DNA from: an uncultured Phycisphaeraceae bacterium
GTDB lineage: Bacteria > Planctomycetota > Phycisphaerae > Phycisphaerales > Phycisphaeraceae
Reading direction: 5' to 3'
DNA: 28,763 bases
Assembly: GCA_964628335.1 (NCBI GenBank)
Contig: CAZVNU010000001.1
Coordinates: forward strand, 1-28,763
In this document: positions 15,414 through 23,411 of the stretch, piece after piece
Position numbering within the stretch: position 1 is the first letter of the stretch
Layout of the letters: each line of letters opens with the position of its first letter
Translations under genes and position numbers: made by a program
The notes under the pieces: generated by a model
What the model was told of the DNA's origin: nothing
Database searches by the model: none
The model's input: only the letters and a program-made list of their open reading frames with translations

Positions 15414-16757
15414 CTTGGCCCACATCTTTCCGATGTGGGCTTTTTTTTGGACTGGCTTGTTTTCTCGCTTTTCTCCGTGTTTTTTGAAGTTTTCTGCTGC
15501 GGCCTCACTTGCTGCCACGGCCTCGCTCTGGCGCGTTCTGTCTTGGGTTTTGTCTTGGTTTTGCGTTTTTTGAGAAAAAGTGTCAGACAGAACTTTGTCC
15601 GCCAGCCCTTCCTTCACGGCTTCAACAACATCTTCCTCCCCAGTTCGCAGGTAGGAGCGTGCAGCCTCGCCCATGGAGTGCCCTACCCATGCGGCCTCCT
15701 TTTTCCCACCATATTTGTCTTCAATCTCATTGGATGCCGTGCATCGCAGGGATTGACACAAGCGGGGATACTTTTCCAGTCCTGCCGCTTTGATTGCCCT
15801 TGTGATCGCGTTTGTGATCGCCCCTTCGCTTTTTCCATGGATTTCGGGGAACACCAGTCCTTCCGTGGGACGCCCCATTTCTTTCCAGTACGCCGCCAAT
15901 TCTTGACGGATTGGCGTCCCGTCAAACATGGGGCAGGTTCGCCCAGGTCTTCCTGGCTTGGTTTCTTTGATGCGGATTGAAAGGCTATCCCAATTGAGGT
16001 CTTGCCAGCGCAAAAGCCTTGGCTCTTCCTTGCGCAGGCCAGCCCAGCGCAAGAGGGCGTAATAGGGGCGGTACTCACCCTTCAGTTCCTGCATGGTTCT
16101 ACGGGCTTCCGCGTCCCCCACTTTGTAGCGTCTATCCGCCTTGGCAGGGGTAACGGACACCTTGATTTCCTTGCCCTTGGCGACATTCTCCCGCAAAACT
16201 CCATGGGATACACCCCACTCCAATGCGGCCCTCAAGATGCAGGCATCTTTGCGGATGGTGTTTTCCGCGTACTTCACGGTCTTTTCGCCCTTCTTGTAGG
16301 TTGCGTTCCGCATCTTATTTTGCCAATCAATGACGGCCCCTTTGGTCAGGTTGCGGACAAGGAAATTCGCGGGGAAAAACTTCAAAAGCCTACTTAGCAT
16401 GGTGGTTTCCTTTTGAACCGTTGCAGCATGTGATTTCGTGGCGGTGTACGCCTCCATGTAAGCCTTCAGTCCCGTGGGAAGCAATGTTGCGGCCTTGACA
16501 AGACCAAGGGCGGCTAAGCGTTGGCGGACTTCGTATGGACGGCTTTCCGCCCATTTACGGGCATCCTCCGCTGGCTCCGTGGCATGATCAATGGCATCCT
16601 TGAGAGCGTAGACATAGCCATTCCATTTCTGAAATTCGCGCTCATTCTTCAATCCTGTACGGAATTCAACTCTTTTTCCCGTAATCGGTTGGCGGAAGTA
16701 AATGATGTTTGAAAATGCGGGTTTCTTGGCGGCTTTTGGGGTTGTGTGGGCGTTCAT
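15387..16757 (-). CDS. Tyrosine recombinase/integrase, attL form (456 aa)
   Basis: WAGLRKEE (R), KETKPG (K), QSLR, WVGHS and SYL (Y) catalytic motifs; the ORF crosses attL and ends ...WAVLDSNQ antisense to the tRNA T arm. Confidence 0.9.
   Translation of the reverse strand: MNAHTTPKAAKKPAFSNIIYFRQPITGKRVEFRTGLKNEREFQKWNGYVYALKDAIDHATEPAEDARKWAESRPYEVRQRLAALGLVKAATLLPTGLKAYMEAYTATKSHAATVQKETTMLSRLLKFFPANFLVRNLTKGAVIDWQNKMRNATYKKGEKTVKYAENTIRKDACILRAALEWGVSHGVLRENVAKGKEIKVSVTPAKADRRYKVGDAEARRTMQELKGEYRPYYALLRWAGLRKEEPRLLRWQDLNWDSLSIRIKETKPGRPGRTCPMFDGTPIRQELAAYWKEMGRPTEGLVFPEIHGKSEGAITNAITRAIKAAGLEKYPRLCQSLRCTASNEIEDKYGGKKEAAWVGHSMGEAARSYLRTGEEDVVEAVKEGLADKVLSDTFSQKTQNQDKTQDRTRQSEAVAASEAAAENFKKHGEKRENKPVQKKAHIGKMWAKWAVLDSNQ
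15418..15448 (+). terminator. Element-supplied intrinsic terminator for tRNA-Val
   Basis: GCCCACATC-TTTCC-GATGTGGGC followed by T8, beginning 4 bp after the att core; second copy at 21768-21798. Confidence 0.85.
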
Positions 16758-16779
16758 TATGCAGTCTTTCGGAAGTTGT

Positions 16780-16812
16780 GACCTGGATACCAGGTCTTTG
16801 TTCGGGTGTCAA
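16780..16812 (-). promoter_or_regulatory. Candidate int promoter with overlapping palindrome
   Basis: Minus-strand TTGACA (16812-16807) -N17- TATCCA (16789-16784); GACCTGG-ATA-CCAGGTC palindrome at 16780-16796 covers the -10. Confidence 0.45.
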
Positions 16813-16821
16813 GATGTCAGT

Positions 16822-17061
16822 CTATCGCTGGATATATCTATCAATTGAAGAGCGTGTTATGCGCTTTCCTTTCTCTCCTACGGGGATGCGCTCCAACTCT
16901 CCCCGCTCTGCCATGGCGCGGATGGCATCGGCCCCCACACTAAGCAATGCTCCAGCCTCCGCATCCGTCAAAAGCAAGGGGGTGAGCAACTTTCCTCTAA
17001 GTTCTCGCGTCACGATCTCCGCTACTGCTTGGGCTTGTTTCAATCCGTCTAGGTCTAACAT
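16822..17061 (-). CDS. Excisionase-like HTH protein (recombination directionality factor candidate)
   Basis: LLLTDAEAGALLSV...IRAMAERGELERI...RITRSSIDRYI HTH_17/MerR-like pattern; AAAGGAG SD; directly upstream of int. Confidence 0.8.
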   Translation of the reverse strand: MLDLDGLKQAQAVAEIVTRELRGKLLTPLLLTDAEAGALLSVGADAIRAMAERGELERIPVGEKGKRITRSSIDRYIQR

Positions 17062-18384
17062 GGTTTTCTCCTTTCGAGAGATTGGGTTGGAATAAAAATG
17101 GACAAGGGGATAGACTCAAAGGACTGGAAGGCCCTTTTATTCCTCTTTTAGTTATTAGTGGCGCAGGCTTTAGAATGGCCTATGGGCCATTCTAGGCGGC
17201 GATGATTGATTATACGCCGTGCCTCTATTTTGTCTAAACCACCACCCAAGATTCCTATTCAGTTCTGCTAATTTGCGCCGAAAAAAACACATTTGCCCAT
17301 GAAGATGTGCGGGGGTGCAAATATCTCTATTAGATATGGCGAAAAGAAAAATAAATATCAAATAAAGGAAAAACATCTTTTTGACGATAATTAGTTTAGA
17401 GTGGCGTGTTTGCGCCAACAAAAATGCAGAACATCCGTTGTAATCATAGGTAAGTCTGGCATAGTCCCTCTTGTAAGTCGAGTCTCGCTGTGAAGCGTTG
17501 ATGATCTGGCAAGATGTGGAGATGCCCAAGTGCGTGACGGCGCGAGTCTCTGGAGGGCAATGACTATAAAAAATGCGTCGGCCGAGGCGGGATTATTAAC
17601 CCCGCTAAAGTGGAAAACTTCACATGTTTTTGCTAAATCCAGAAGGCACTGGTATACGCGATGTGATTGAAAACACTTGCAACCGCTATGGATAATTTCC
17701 TGCGGTTGGGAAACGGCGTTAAAAAACGAAACGAAAAGGTCAGAATTTGAGGGTGAACTCCTTGAACTGGCTTCCATGAGCGCGATAAATCTATAACTTC
17801 TCATGGGTTTGGCTTCAGGTCTTGAAGTCAGATACGGGAGTGCTGTGAAAGCGAATAACTCTTTTCCCACATAATTTCGCCTACTAACAAAATCATCCTA
17901 ACTTTTGGGCAATTGCTTAAATGAAGGCTTGTTTTTGAAGGAACAGGCGAATCCGCCTGTTGCCTTCGTGGTTTAGTTACGACACTCGCTTTGCTCCGTG
18001 TCGTAGCACACACGATTCGCTGGCGCGAACCGCGTGTGTTTTTGATGAATTGTGGTTTGGACTTTTCAGGCGGAGTGACAGGATTCGGCGTGGCTTTAGG
18101 TTGTAAATTGGATGATTGCAAGTTATTGAAACAAAACTGGATAGCCGACAGGCTATACGGTTTTTTGAGGCGAAGCGAAGTGAGCCGAAAATCCTTGACC
18201 ATGATAGGGGAAGGTCTAGACGCACTTGGTTGTAGGGGCGGATCGTGTTCATGCCATAGTTATATGCCGCCGACCCTTTCTGTCAAAAATTCGCGCAAGA
18301 ATCCGATTCCGTTGGATAAAACTGCCGCCATGGTCAATCCTGAACCGTCTGCGGGGAGATTTGATCTGCACCGACAGGTGCCCA

Positions 18385-19080
18385 TCATGCGGCTTTACCC
18401 CGCTGGAGGATGCCAAGGATTGTCCGCGCCTGCCACCGTCCGCCTTGGCGTGTCTGGCGTCCTTCTTGGGTGAGCGTGTCGGCAATCTTGGCGAGAGAGA
18501 GGCGGCGTGCCCCTTTTGGTTTGCGCCGAAGTTCAAAGATGCGCTCAATGACGGCCTCTTCACCTGGGAGCACGCCGTAAGGTTTAACCCCCTCCACGCG
18601 CCGACCACCTGCGGCCATGCTCTTCTGATCACGGGCATGGCGGAGTTTTTGCACGATGCAATTTTTGTCAAATTGGGCAATGCTGCCAAGGATTTGGCGG
18701 ATCATTACTTTTTCAGGTGATCCCGTGTCATCGGTCAAGGCTTGACCTGATTCCGCATTGATGACAGAAACGCCCATCTTTTTCAGTACCAATAAGATTT
18801 TTTCAGATTCGATGAGGCTTCTTGCTAGACGATCCGCTCTTTCCACAAGAACTACCTTCACGCCTTGCTCTTTGACGGCAAGGAGCAAGCGGGAGAGGGC
18901 GGGGCGGGTGGCCCCTTCGGTCGTCCCGCTCACGCCTTCTTCGCGGAACACTTCCACTACTTCCAGCCCGTTTCGCTTTGCATAGCGTTGACACACCTCA
19001 TGCTGGCGATCCAGCCCCGTGCCATTATTGACTTGGCCAAGAGAGGAGACGCGAAGATACGAGAAGCATGGGGTTTTCAT
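18385..19080 (-). CDS. Serine recombinase (resolvase catalytic domain plus short recombinase DNA-binding domain)
   Basis: YLRVSS catalytic Ser, EEGVSG, RPAL, DRLARS, then KPYG...IADTLTQEG..TRQGGRW recombinase-domain motifs; no zinc-ribbon extension. Confidence 0.9.
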   Translation of the reverse strand: MKTPCFSYLRVSSLGQVNNGTGLDRQHEVCQRYAKRNGLEVVEVFREEGVSGTTEGATRPALSRLLLAVKEQGVKVVLVERADRLARSLIESEKILLVLKKMGVSVINAESGQALTDDTGSPEKVMIRQILGSIAQFDKNCIVQKLRHARDQKSMAAGGRRVEGVKPYGVLPGEEAVIERIFELRRKPKGARRLSLAKIADTLTQEGRQTRQGGRWQARTILGILQRGKAA

Positions 19081-19086
19081 ATCGAA

Positions 19087-19115
19087 ATAATAGCAACTTG
19101 CTATTTAATGGTCAA
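19087..19115 (-). promoter_or_regulatory. Leaderless sigma70 promoter of the serine recombinase with overlapping operator
   Basis: Minus strand TTGACC-N17-TATTAT, 6 nt before the ATG; palindrome ATAGCAACTTGCTAT (19090-19104) overlaps spacer and -10. Confidence 0.75.
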
Positions 19116-19204
19116 GGGTCGGCAGAAAAATCCGTGAATAATTCTTCAGAATCATTCACGGAAACTATCGCAAGTAGCGATATAGCATCTTGTTGTTATC
19201 AAAA

Positions 19205-19489
19205 TCATCGCTTCCGCTTGTCCTGTTTTTTCAACGGAAAGCCCAAAATATCGTTGGGCGTACAGGAGAGAGCAATGGCAAGCCTACAAAGTGCCTCTAC
19301 CGAAGGGCGGCGGGTTCCGCGCTCCCATCCCGCAATGTTCACTTGGCCCACGGTTCGATCCATGCCCATTGCTTCGGCGACTTCCGACTGGGTGAGGTCA
19401 AGGGCCGTGCGTTGCTCTTTGATGCGCTCGCCCAAGTCCGTGCCGCCAAAGTTGAAGGGTTCAAAGGTAGTAGTAAGGAGTTTTGGCAT
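19205..19489 (-). CDS. XRE-family repressor
   Basis: LGERIKEQRTALDLTQSEVAEAMG...IAGWERGTRRPSVEALCRLAIALSCTPNDILG; likely start MPKLL at 19489. Confidence 0.88.
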   Translation of the reverse strand: MPKLLTTTFEPFNFGGTDLGERIKEQRTALDLTQSEVAEAMGMDRTVGQVNIAGWERGTRRPSVEALCRLAIALSCTPNDILGFPLKKQDKRKR

Positions 19490-19527
19490 GGTGGCGAGAG
19501 AATAGCAAGATGCGATACCTTGGCATT

Positions 19528-19767
19528 TCAAAAGAACCGCTGCAACAATCTCAACGCCTCGCGGCGTCTGTCTGTTGCTGATGCCCATTGCGCAAACTCA
19601 ATCGCATCCACCCGCCGTTCCGATGTCTCGCATTTGTGGACTTGGCTTCGGGCCACCTTGAGTTTCGCGGCCAAGTCCCGTTGGGTCATACCAGCATCTT
19701 CCCGCCAGTCCCGTAGGGTGGCGGACAGTTTTTGGTAGTTGGGGTCATGGAGGCGTCCTGCTTTCAT
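19528..19767 (-). CDS. Small XRE HTH protein (controller/C-protein-like)
   Basis: YQKLSATLRDWREDAGMTQRDLAAKL...VHKCETSERRVDAIEF. Confidence 0.82.
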   Translation of the reverse strand: MKAGRLHDPNYQKLSATLRDWREDAGMTQRDLAAKLKVARSQVHKCETSERRVDAIEFAQWASATDRRREALRLLQRFF

Positions 19768-19912
19768 TTTGGAAGCAAGGTAAGCGCGTCCTTCCGTGCT
19801 TCCAGAATCGGGCCAAGATGCCTTGACGATGGAAAGGAGGTTAGATACAGTTCCCTTGCTTCATTTTTAGAAGCAAGACCTTTTCCCCCACCACTCTTTG
19901 GAGAGTCAGCCG

Positions 19913-20329
19913 ATGAAAAATCCCGTCCTTCCCGTCCTCCTGCTTGCCTCCTGCTTCCTTGTAATTGGGTGCGGCAAGAAAGACGCCGCTTCCGCCACCT
20001 CTGCGGCTGTGAATGACTCCTATCCCTCGGTTTCCAAGGAGCGTTTGCAGATACTTAAAAGCGAGTTCTCAAAAAGCTTTCCTTCCAGCATCTACGACGG
20101 AGGAACAATTACCAGCATTGAAAAGTGCGACGACATTGAATATCAATACAAAGTGAATGTGCGGTTCAGCAAGGTTGGGGGTGGCGGTGCGGTCATACTG
20201 AAAATGGACGATCACTTCCATGTTTCTCCCAGTTATACCGTTCTGGAGGGAACGGATCTTGACGGATCTCAAATGCAACTTCAACTTTGTGGGCCCGCAG
20301 CCATCGCAGGTCAATCCAAGAGCAAGTGA
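19913..20329 (+). CDS. Hypothetical lipoprotein
   Basis: MKNPVLPVLLLASCFLVIG-C lipobox; GGAGAG SD upstream of ATG 19913. Confidence 0.72.
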   Translation: MKNPVLPVLLLASCFLVIGCGKKDAASATSAAVNDSYPSVSKERLQILKSEFSKSFPSSIYDGGTITSIEKCDDIEYQYKVNVRFSKVGGGGAVILKMDDHFHVSPSYTVLEGTDLDGSQMQLQLCGPAAIAGQSKSK

Positions 20330-20413
20330 ACGAATCGACAAAAATGTTTTTTTGCAACGCCTCGCTACCACTGTGGAGGCAAACTCGAAACGCCCGAAAT
20401 GGGCAAAGGATGA

Positions 20414-20611
20414 ATGATGTTTGAAACTCCAACAGACCCCAAGAAGGCGATACGAGACGATTTCAAGAAAGACCTGAACGATCTCAAGGCGAAACTTAAC
20501 GGGTATCTTTCACGGCTTGAAGAAGAAAAAGACGCGCCGACAAAGTCCCCTCAAACAGCCATGTCGGACGCAAAAAAAGCAATTGATGGGATAGCAAAAT
20601 GTTTTCAGTAG
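20414..20611 (+). CDS. Small hypothetical coiled-coil protein (65 aa)
   Basis: AAAGGA SD at 20405-20410; amphipathic helix pattern FKKDLNDLKAKLNGYLSRLEEE. Confidence 0.55.
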   Translation: MMFETPTDPKKAIRDDFKKDLNDLKAKLNGYLSRLEEEKDAPTKSPQTAMSDAKKAIDGIAKCFQ

Positions 20612-21119
20612 TCGCCATTTTTCAAACGCCCTTCGCCATCAAACGGCGAGGGTGTTTTTCTTTCCGCCAAAAAATCATCCGCGCCACAAGACTGGAAAAT
20701 GATTCTGGATTTCCCCTTTTCCTGTGGAAAGGCATCGGCGGGGTGGCACCCATGGTGGAATGGCGGAATAGATTTGAAATCTAATTCCCAGCGCAGAAAA
20801 ATTGCGCCCCGCAGAAAGCAGGCATTCCAACCTCCGATGGCCGATGCCCTCAATCCGACCCTGTTTTCAAAACCTGTAAATGGCGAAAACAAAACCAGCA
20901 CGCTTGAGGGCATTTTCAAGTGTCAATTTGTTAGAAAACATCTTGTTTTGAAGTGCGGCGTGATGGTTTGACCTCATGGATCAAAAAATCGACCTTGGCT
21001 AAAGCTTGTATGGTTTTGATGGATTTCAGTTTCGCCTCCTTTTTGGCCATGCGAAGAGGAATCCACTCCCTGATATGTGAAGTTCCTTAGAGCAAGCAAA
21101 CCCTTCAAGGAGATTCGAC

Positions 21120-21389
21120 ATGAAATATGGGCTACTCAAAAAGCATGGGATGGATGGAACAGGCGCGATTATTTACCACTGGGATTTGATCCCGCCCAAA
21201 ATGGTCAAGACTGCCGCTACGAAAGAAGTTGAAGACTGGATCGAGTTGGAACGAGTGCCAAAGGCTTTGGAGGACGATGAAGACACCGTGATCCTTTTGT
21301 GCCGCTGGAATCCGTCGAAAGGGCTGGAAACCGCCAAGCCCATTATTCTCCCCTTTGATGGCCCGCCTGCGGTGGGCTTGGCGATATAG
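21120..21389 (+). CDS. Small hypothetical protein (89 aa)
   Basis: AAGGAG SD at 21107-21112; globular-looking composition. Confidence 0.6.
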   Translation: MKYGLLKKHGMDGTGAIIYHWDLIPPKMVKTAATKEVEDWIELERVPKALEDDEDTVILLCRWNPSKGLETAKPIILPFDGPPAVGLAI

Positions 21390-21592
21390 GCCCAGGTAAT
21401 CACTTCCGACTCTTTCAACAAAATTAAGAATGAAGGGGTTTCGTTACTTGTCAAGGTGGTGGAGGTGGCATTGCCTATTGCGCCGTCCAAGCCCCACAAA
21501 GCGGCCTGAATGCCCCCAGGACGCTTCGCCAATTTAGCCACCCTATTCCCCATCTGACGCCATGGGCGGCTTCCAGCGGCATTCCAGCCGTT

Positions 21593-23107
21593 CTATTTGA
21601 GCAAAGCAAGGATAGCCCGCAGTGCCGCGACCTTTTCAGGCGGCAGACTGGCCAATTCTGCCAGTAACCCCAGCACGCCGTCTTGGGCTTTGTCTTGGTT
21701 TTGGGGGGCCTCCTCTTGTTTTTCACGAGAATCTTGGGCGATAGTCTGGCCCAGTACCGCCCACTTGGCCCACATCTTTCCGATGTGGGCTTTTTTTTGG
21801 ACTGGCTTGTTTTCTCGCTTTTCTCCGTGTTTTTTGAAGTTTTCTGCTGCGGCCTCACTTGCTGCCACGGCCTCGCTCTGGCGCGTTCTGTCTTGGGTTT
21901 TGTCTTGGTTTTGCGTTTTTTGAGAAAAAGTGTCAGACAGAACTTTGTCCGCCAGCCCTTCCTTCACGGCTTCAACAACATCTTCCTCCCCAGTTCGCAG
22001 GTAGGAGCGTGCAGCCTCGCCCATGGAGTGCCCTACCCATGCGGCCTCCTTTTTCCCACCATATTTGTCTTCAATCTCATTGGATGCCGTGCATCGCAGG
22101 GATTGACACAAGCGGGGATACTTTTCCAGTCCTGCCGCTTTGATTGCCCTTGTGATCGCGTTTGTGATCGCCCCTTCGCTTTTTCCATGGATTTCGGGGA
22201 ACACCAGTCCTTCCGTGGGACGCCCCATTTCTTTCCAGTACGCCGCCAATTCTTGACGGATTGGCGTCCCGTCAAACATGGGGCAGGTTCGCCCAGGTCT
22301 TCCTGGCTTGGTTTCTTTGATGCGGATTGAAAGGCTATCCCAATTGAGGTCTTGCCAGCGCAAAAGCCTTGGCTCTTCCTTGCGCAGGCCAGCCCAGCGC
22401 AAGAGGGCGTAATAGGGGCGGTACTCACCCTTCAGTTCCTGCATGGTTCTACGGGCTTCCGCGTCCCCCACTTTGTAGCGTCTATCCGCCTTGGCAGGGG
22501 TAACGGACACCTTGATTTCCTTGCCCTTGGCGACATTCTCCCGCAAAACTCCATGGGATACACCCCACTCCAATGCGGCCCTCAAGATGCAGGCATCTTT
22601 GCGGATGGTGTTTTCCGCGTACTTCACGGTCTTTTCGCCCTTCTTGTAGGTTGCGTTCCGCATCTTATTTTGCCAATCAATGACGGCCCCTTTGGTCAGG
22701 TTGCGGACAAGGAAATTCGCGGGGAAAAACTTCAAAAGCCTACTTAGCATGGTGGTTTCCTTTTGAACCGTTGCAGCATGTGATTTCGTGGCGGTGTACG
22801 CCTCCATGTAAGCCTTCAGTCCCGTGGGAAGCAATGTTGCGGCCTTGACAAGACCAAGGGCGGCTAAGCGTTGGCGGACTTCGTATGGACGGCTTTCCGC
22901 CCATTTACGGGCATCCTCCGCTGGCTCCGTGGCATGATCAATGGCATCCTTGAGAGCGTAGACATAGCCATTCCATTTCTGAAATTCGCGCTCATTCTTC
23001 AATCCTGTACGGAATTCAACTCTTTTTCCCGTAATCGGTTGGCGGAAGTAAATGATGTTTGAAAATGCGGGTTTCTTGGCGGCTTTTGGGGTTGTGTGGG
23101 CGTTCAT
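21593..23107 (-). CDS. Tyrosine integrase, attP-junction form (504 aa)
   Basis: Identical to the 456-aa form up to ...KWAVL, then continues GQTIAQ...LPPEKVAALRAILALLK across the unit1/unit2 junction. Confidence 0.9.
   Translation of the reverse strand: MNAHTTPKAAKKPAFSNIIYFRQPITGKRVEFRTGLKNEREFQKWNGYVYALKDAIDHATEPAEDARKWAESRPYEVRQRLAALGLVKAATLLPTGLKAYMEAYTATKSHAATVQKETTMLSRLLKFFPANFLVRNLTKGAVIDWQNKMRNATYKKGEKTVKYAENTIRKDACILRAALEWGVSHGVLRENVAKGKEIKVSVTPAKADRRYKVGDAEARRTMQELKGEYRPYYALLRWAGLRKEEPRLLRWQDLNWDSLSIRIKETKPGRPGRTCPMFDGTPIRQELAAYWKEMGRPTEGLVFPEIHGKSEGAITNAITRAIKAAGLEKYPRLCQSLRCTASNEIEDKYGGKKEAAWVGHSMGEAARSYLRTGEEDVVEAVKEGLADKVLSDTFSQKTQNQDKTQDRTRQSEAVAASEAAAENFKKHGEKRENKPVQKKAHIGKMWAKWAVLGQTIAQDSREKQEEAPQNQDKAQDGVLGLLAELASLPPEKVAALRAILALLK
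21751..21763 (+). other. attP-type junction core
   Basis: CCAGTACCGCCCA with the attR left flank (ATAGTCTGGC) and the attL right flank (CTTGGCC). Confidence 0.9.
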
Positions 23108-23171
23108 TATGCAGTCTTTCGGAAGTTGTGACCTGGATACCAGGTCTTTGTTCGGGTGTCAAGATGTCAGT

Positions 23172-23411
23172 CTATCGCTGGATATATCTATCAATTGAAG
23201 AGCGTGTTATGCGCTTTCCTTTCTCTCCTACGGGGATGCGCTCCAACTCTCCCCGCTCTGCCATGGCGCGGATGGCATCGGCCCCCACACTAAGCAATGC
23301 TCCAGCCTCCGCATCCGTCAAAAGCAAGGGGGTGAGCAACTTTCCTCTAAGTTCTCGCGTCACGATCTCCGCTACTGCTTGGGCTTGTTTCAATCCGTCT
23401 AGGTCTAACAT
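23172..23411 (-). CDS. Excisionase-like HTH protein (copy 2)
   Basis: Identical translation to 16822-17061. Confidence 0.8.
   Translation of the reverse strand: MLDLDGLKQAQAVAEIVTRELRGKLLTPLLLTDAEAGALLSVGADAIRAMAERGELERIPVGEKGKRITRSSIDRYIQR

Larger units (their letters stand above)
15401..21750. mobile_element. Integrative element, unit 1 (6350 bp), inserted in the tRNA-Val 3' end
   Basis: Starts at core CCAGTACCGCCCA (attL, 15401-15413); carries integrase, Xis-like HTH, serine recombinase and XRE genes; more AT-rich than host genes. Confidence 0.9.

Noticed and set aside
17937-17967. Intrinsic terminator call for this hairpin
   Set aside because: The T-run precedes the stem on the plus strand, so neither strand has a U-tract after the hairpin.
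17170-18252. ORFs 17170..17529, 17391..17870, 17828..18202, 17977..18252 and their +6350 copies
   Set aside because: No recognisable motifs or SD sequences, atypical composition and mutual overlap; short protein-like frames could not be joined into a convincing pseudogene.
21173-21553. 126-aa minus-strand ORF after the int tail, and 20605..20919
   Set aside because: The first overlaps the SD-supported plus-strand gene 21120..21389; neither has a recognisable motif, so both are left uncalled.
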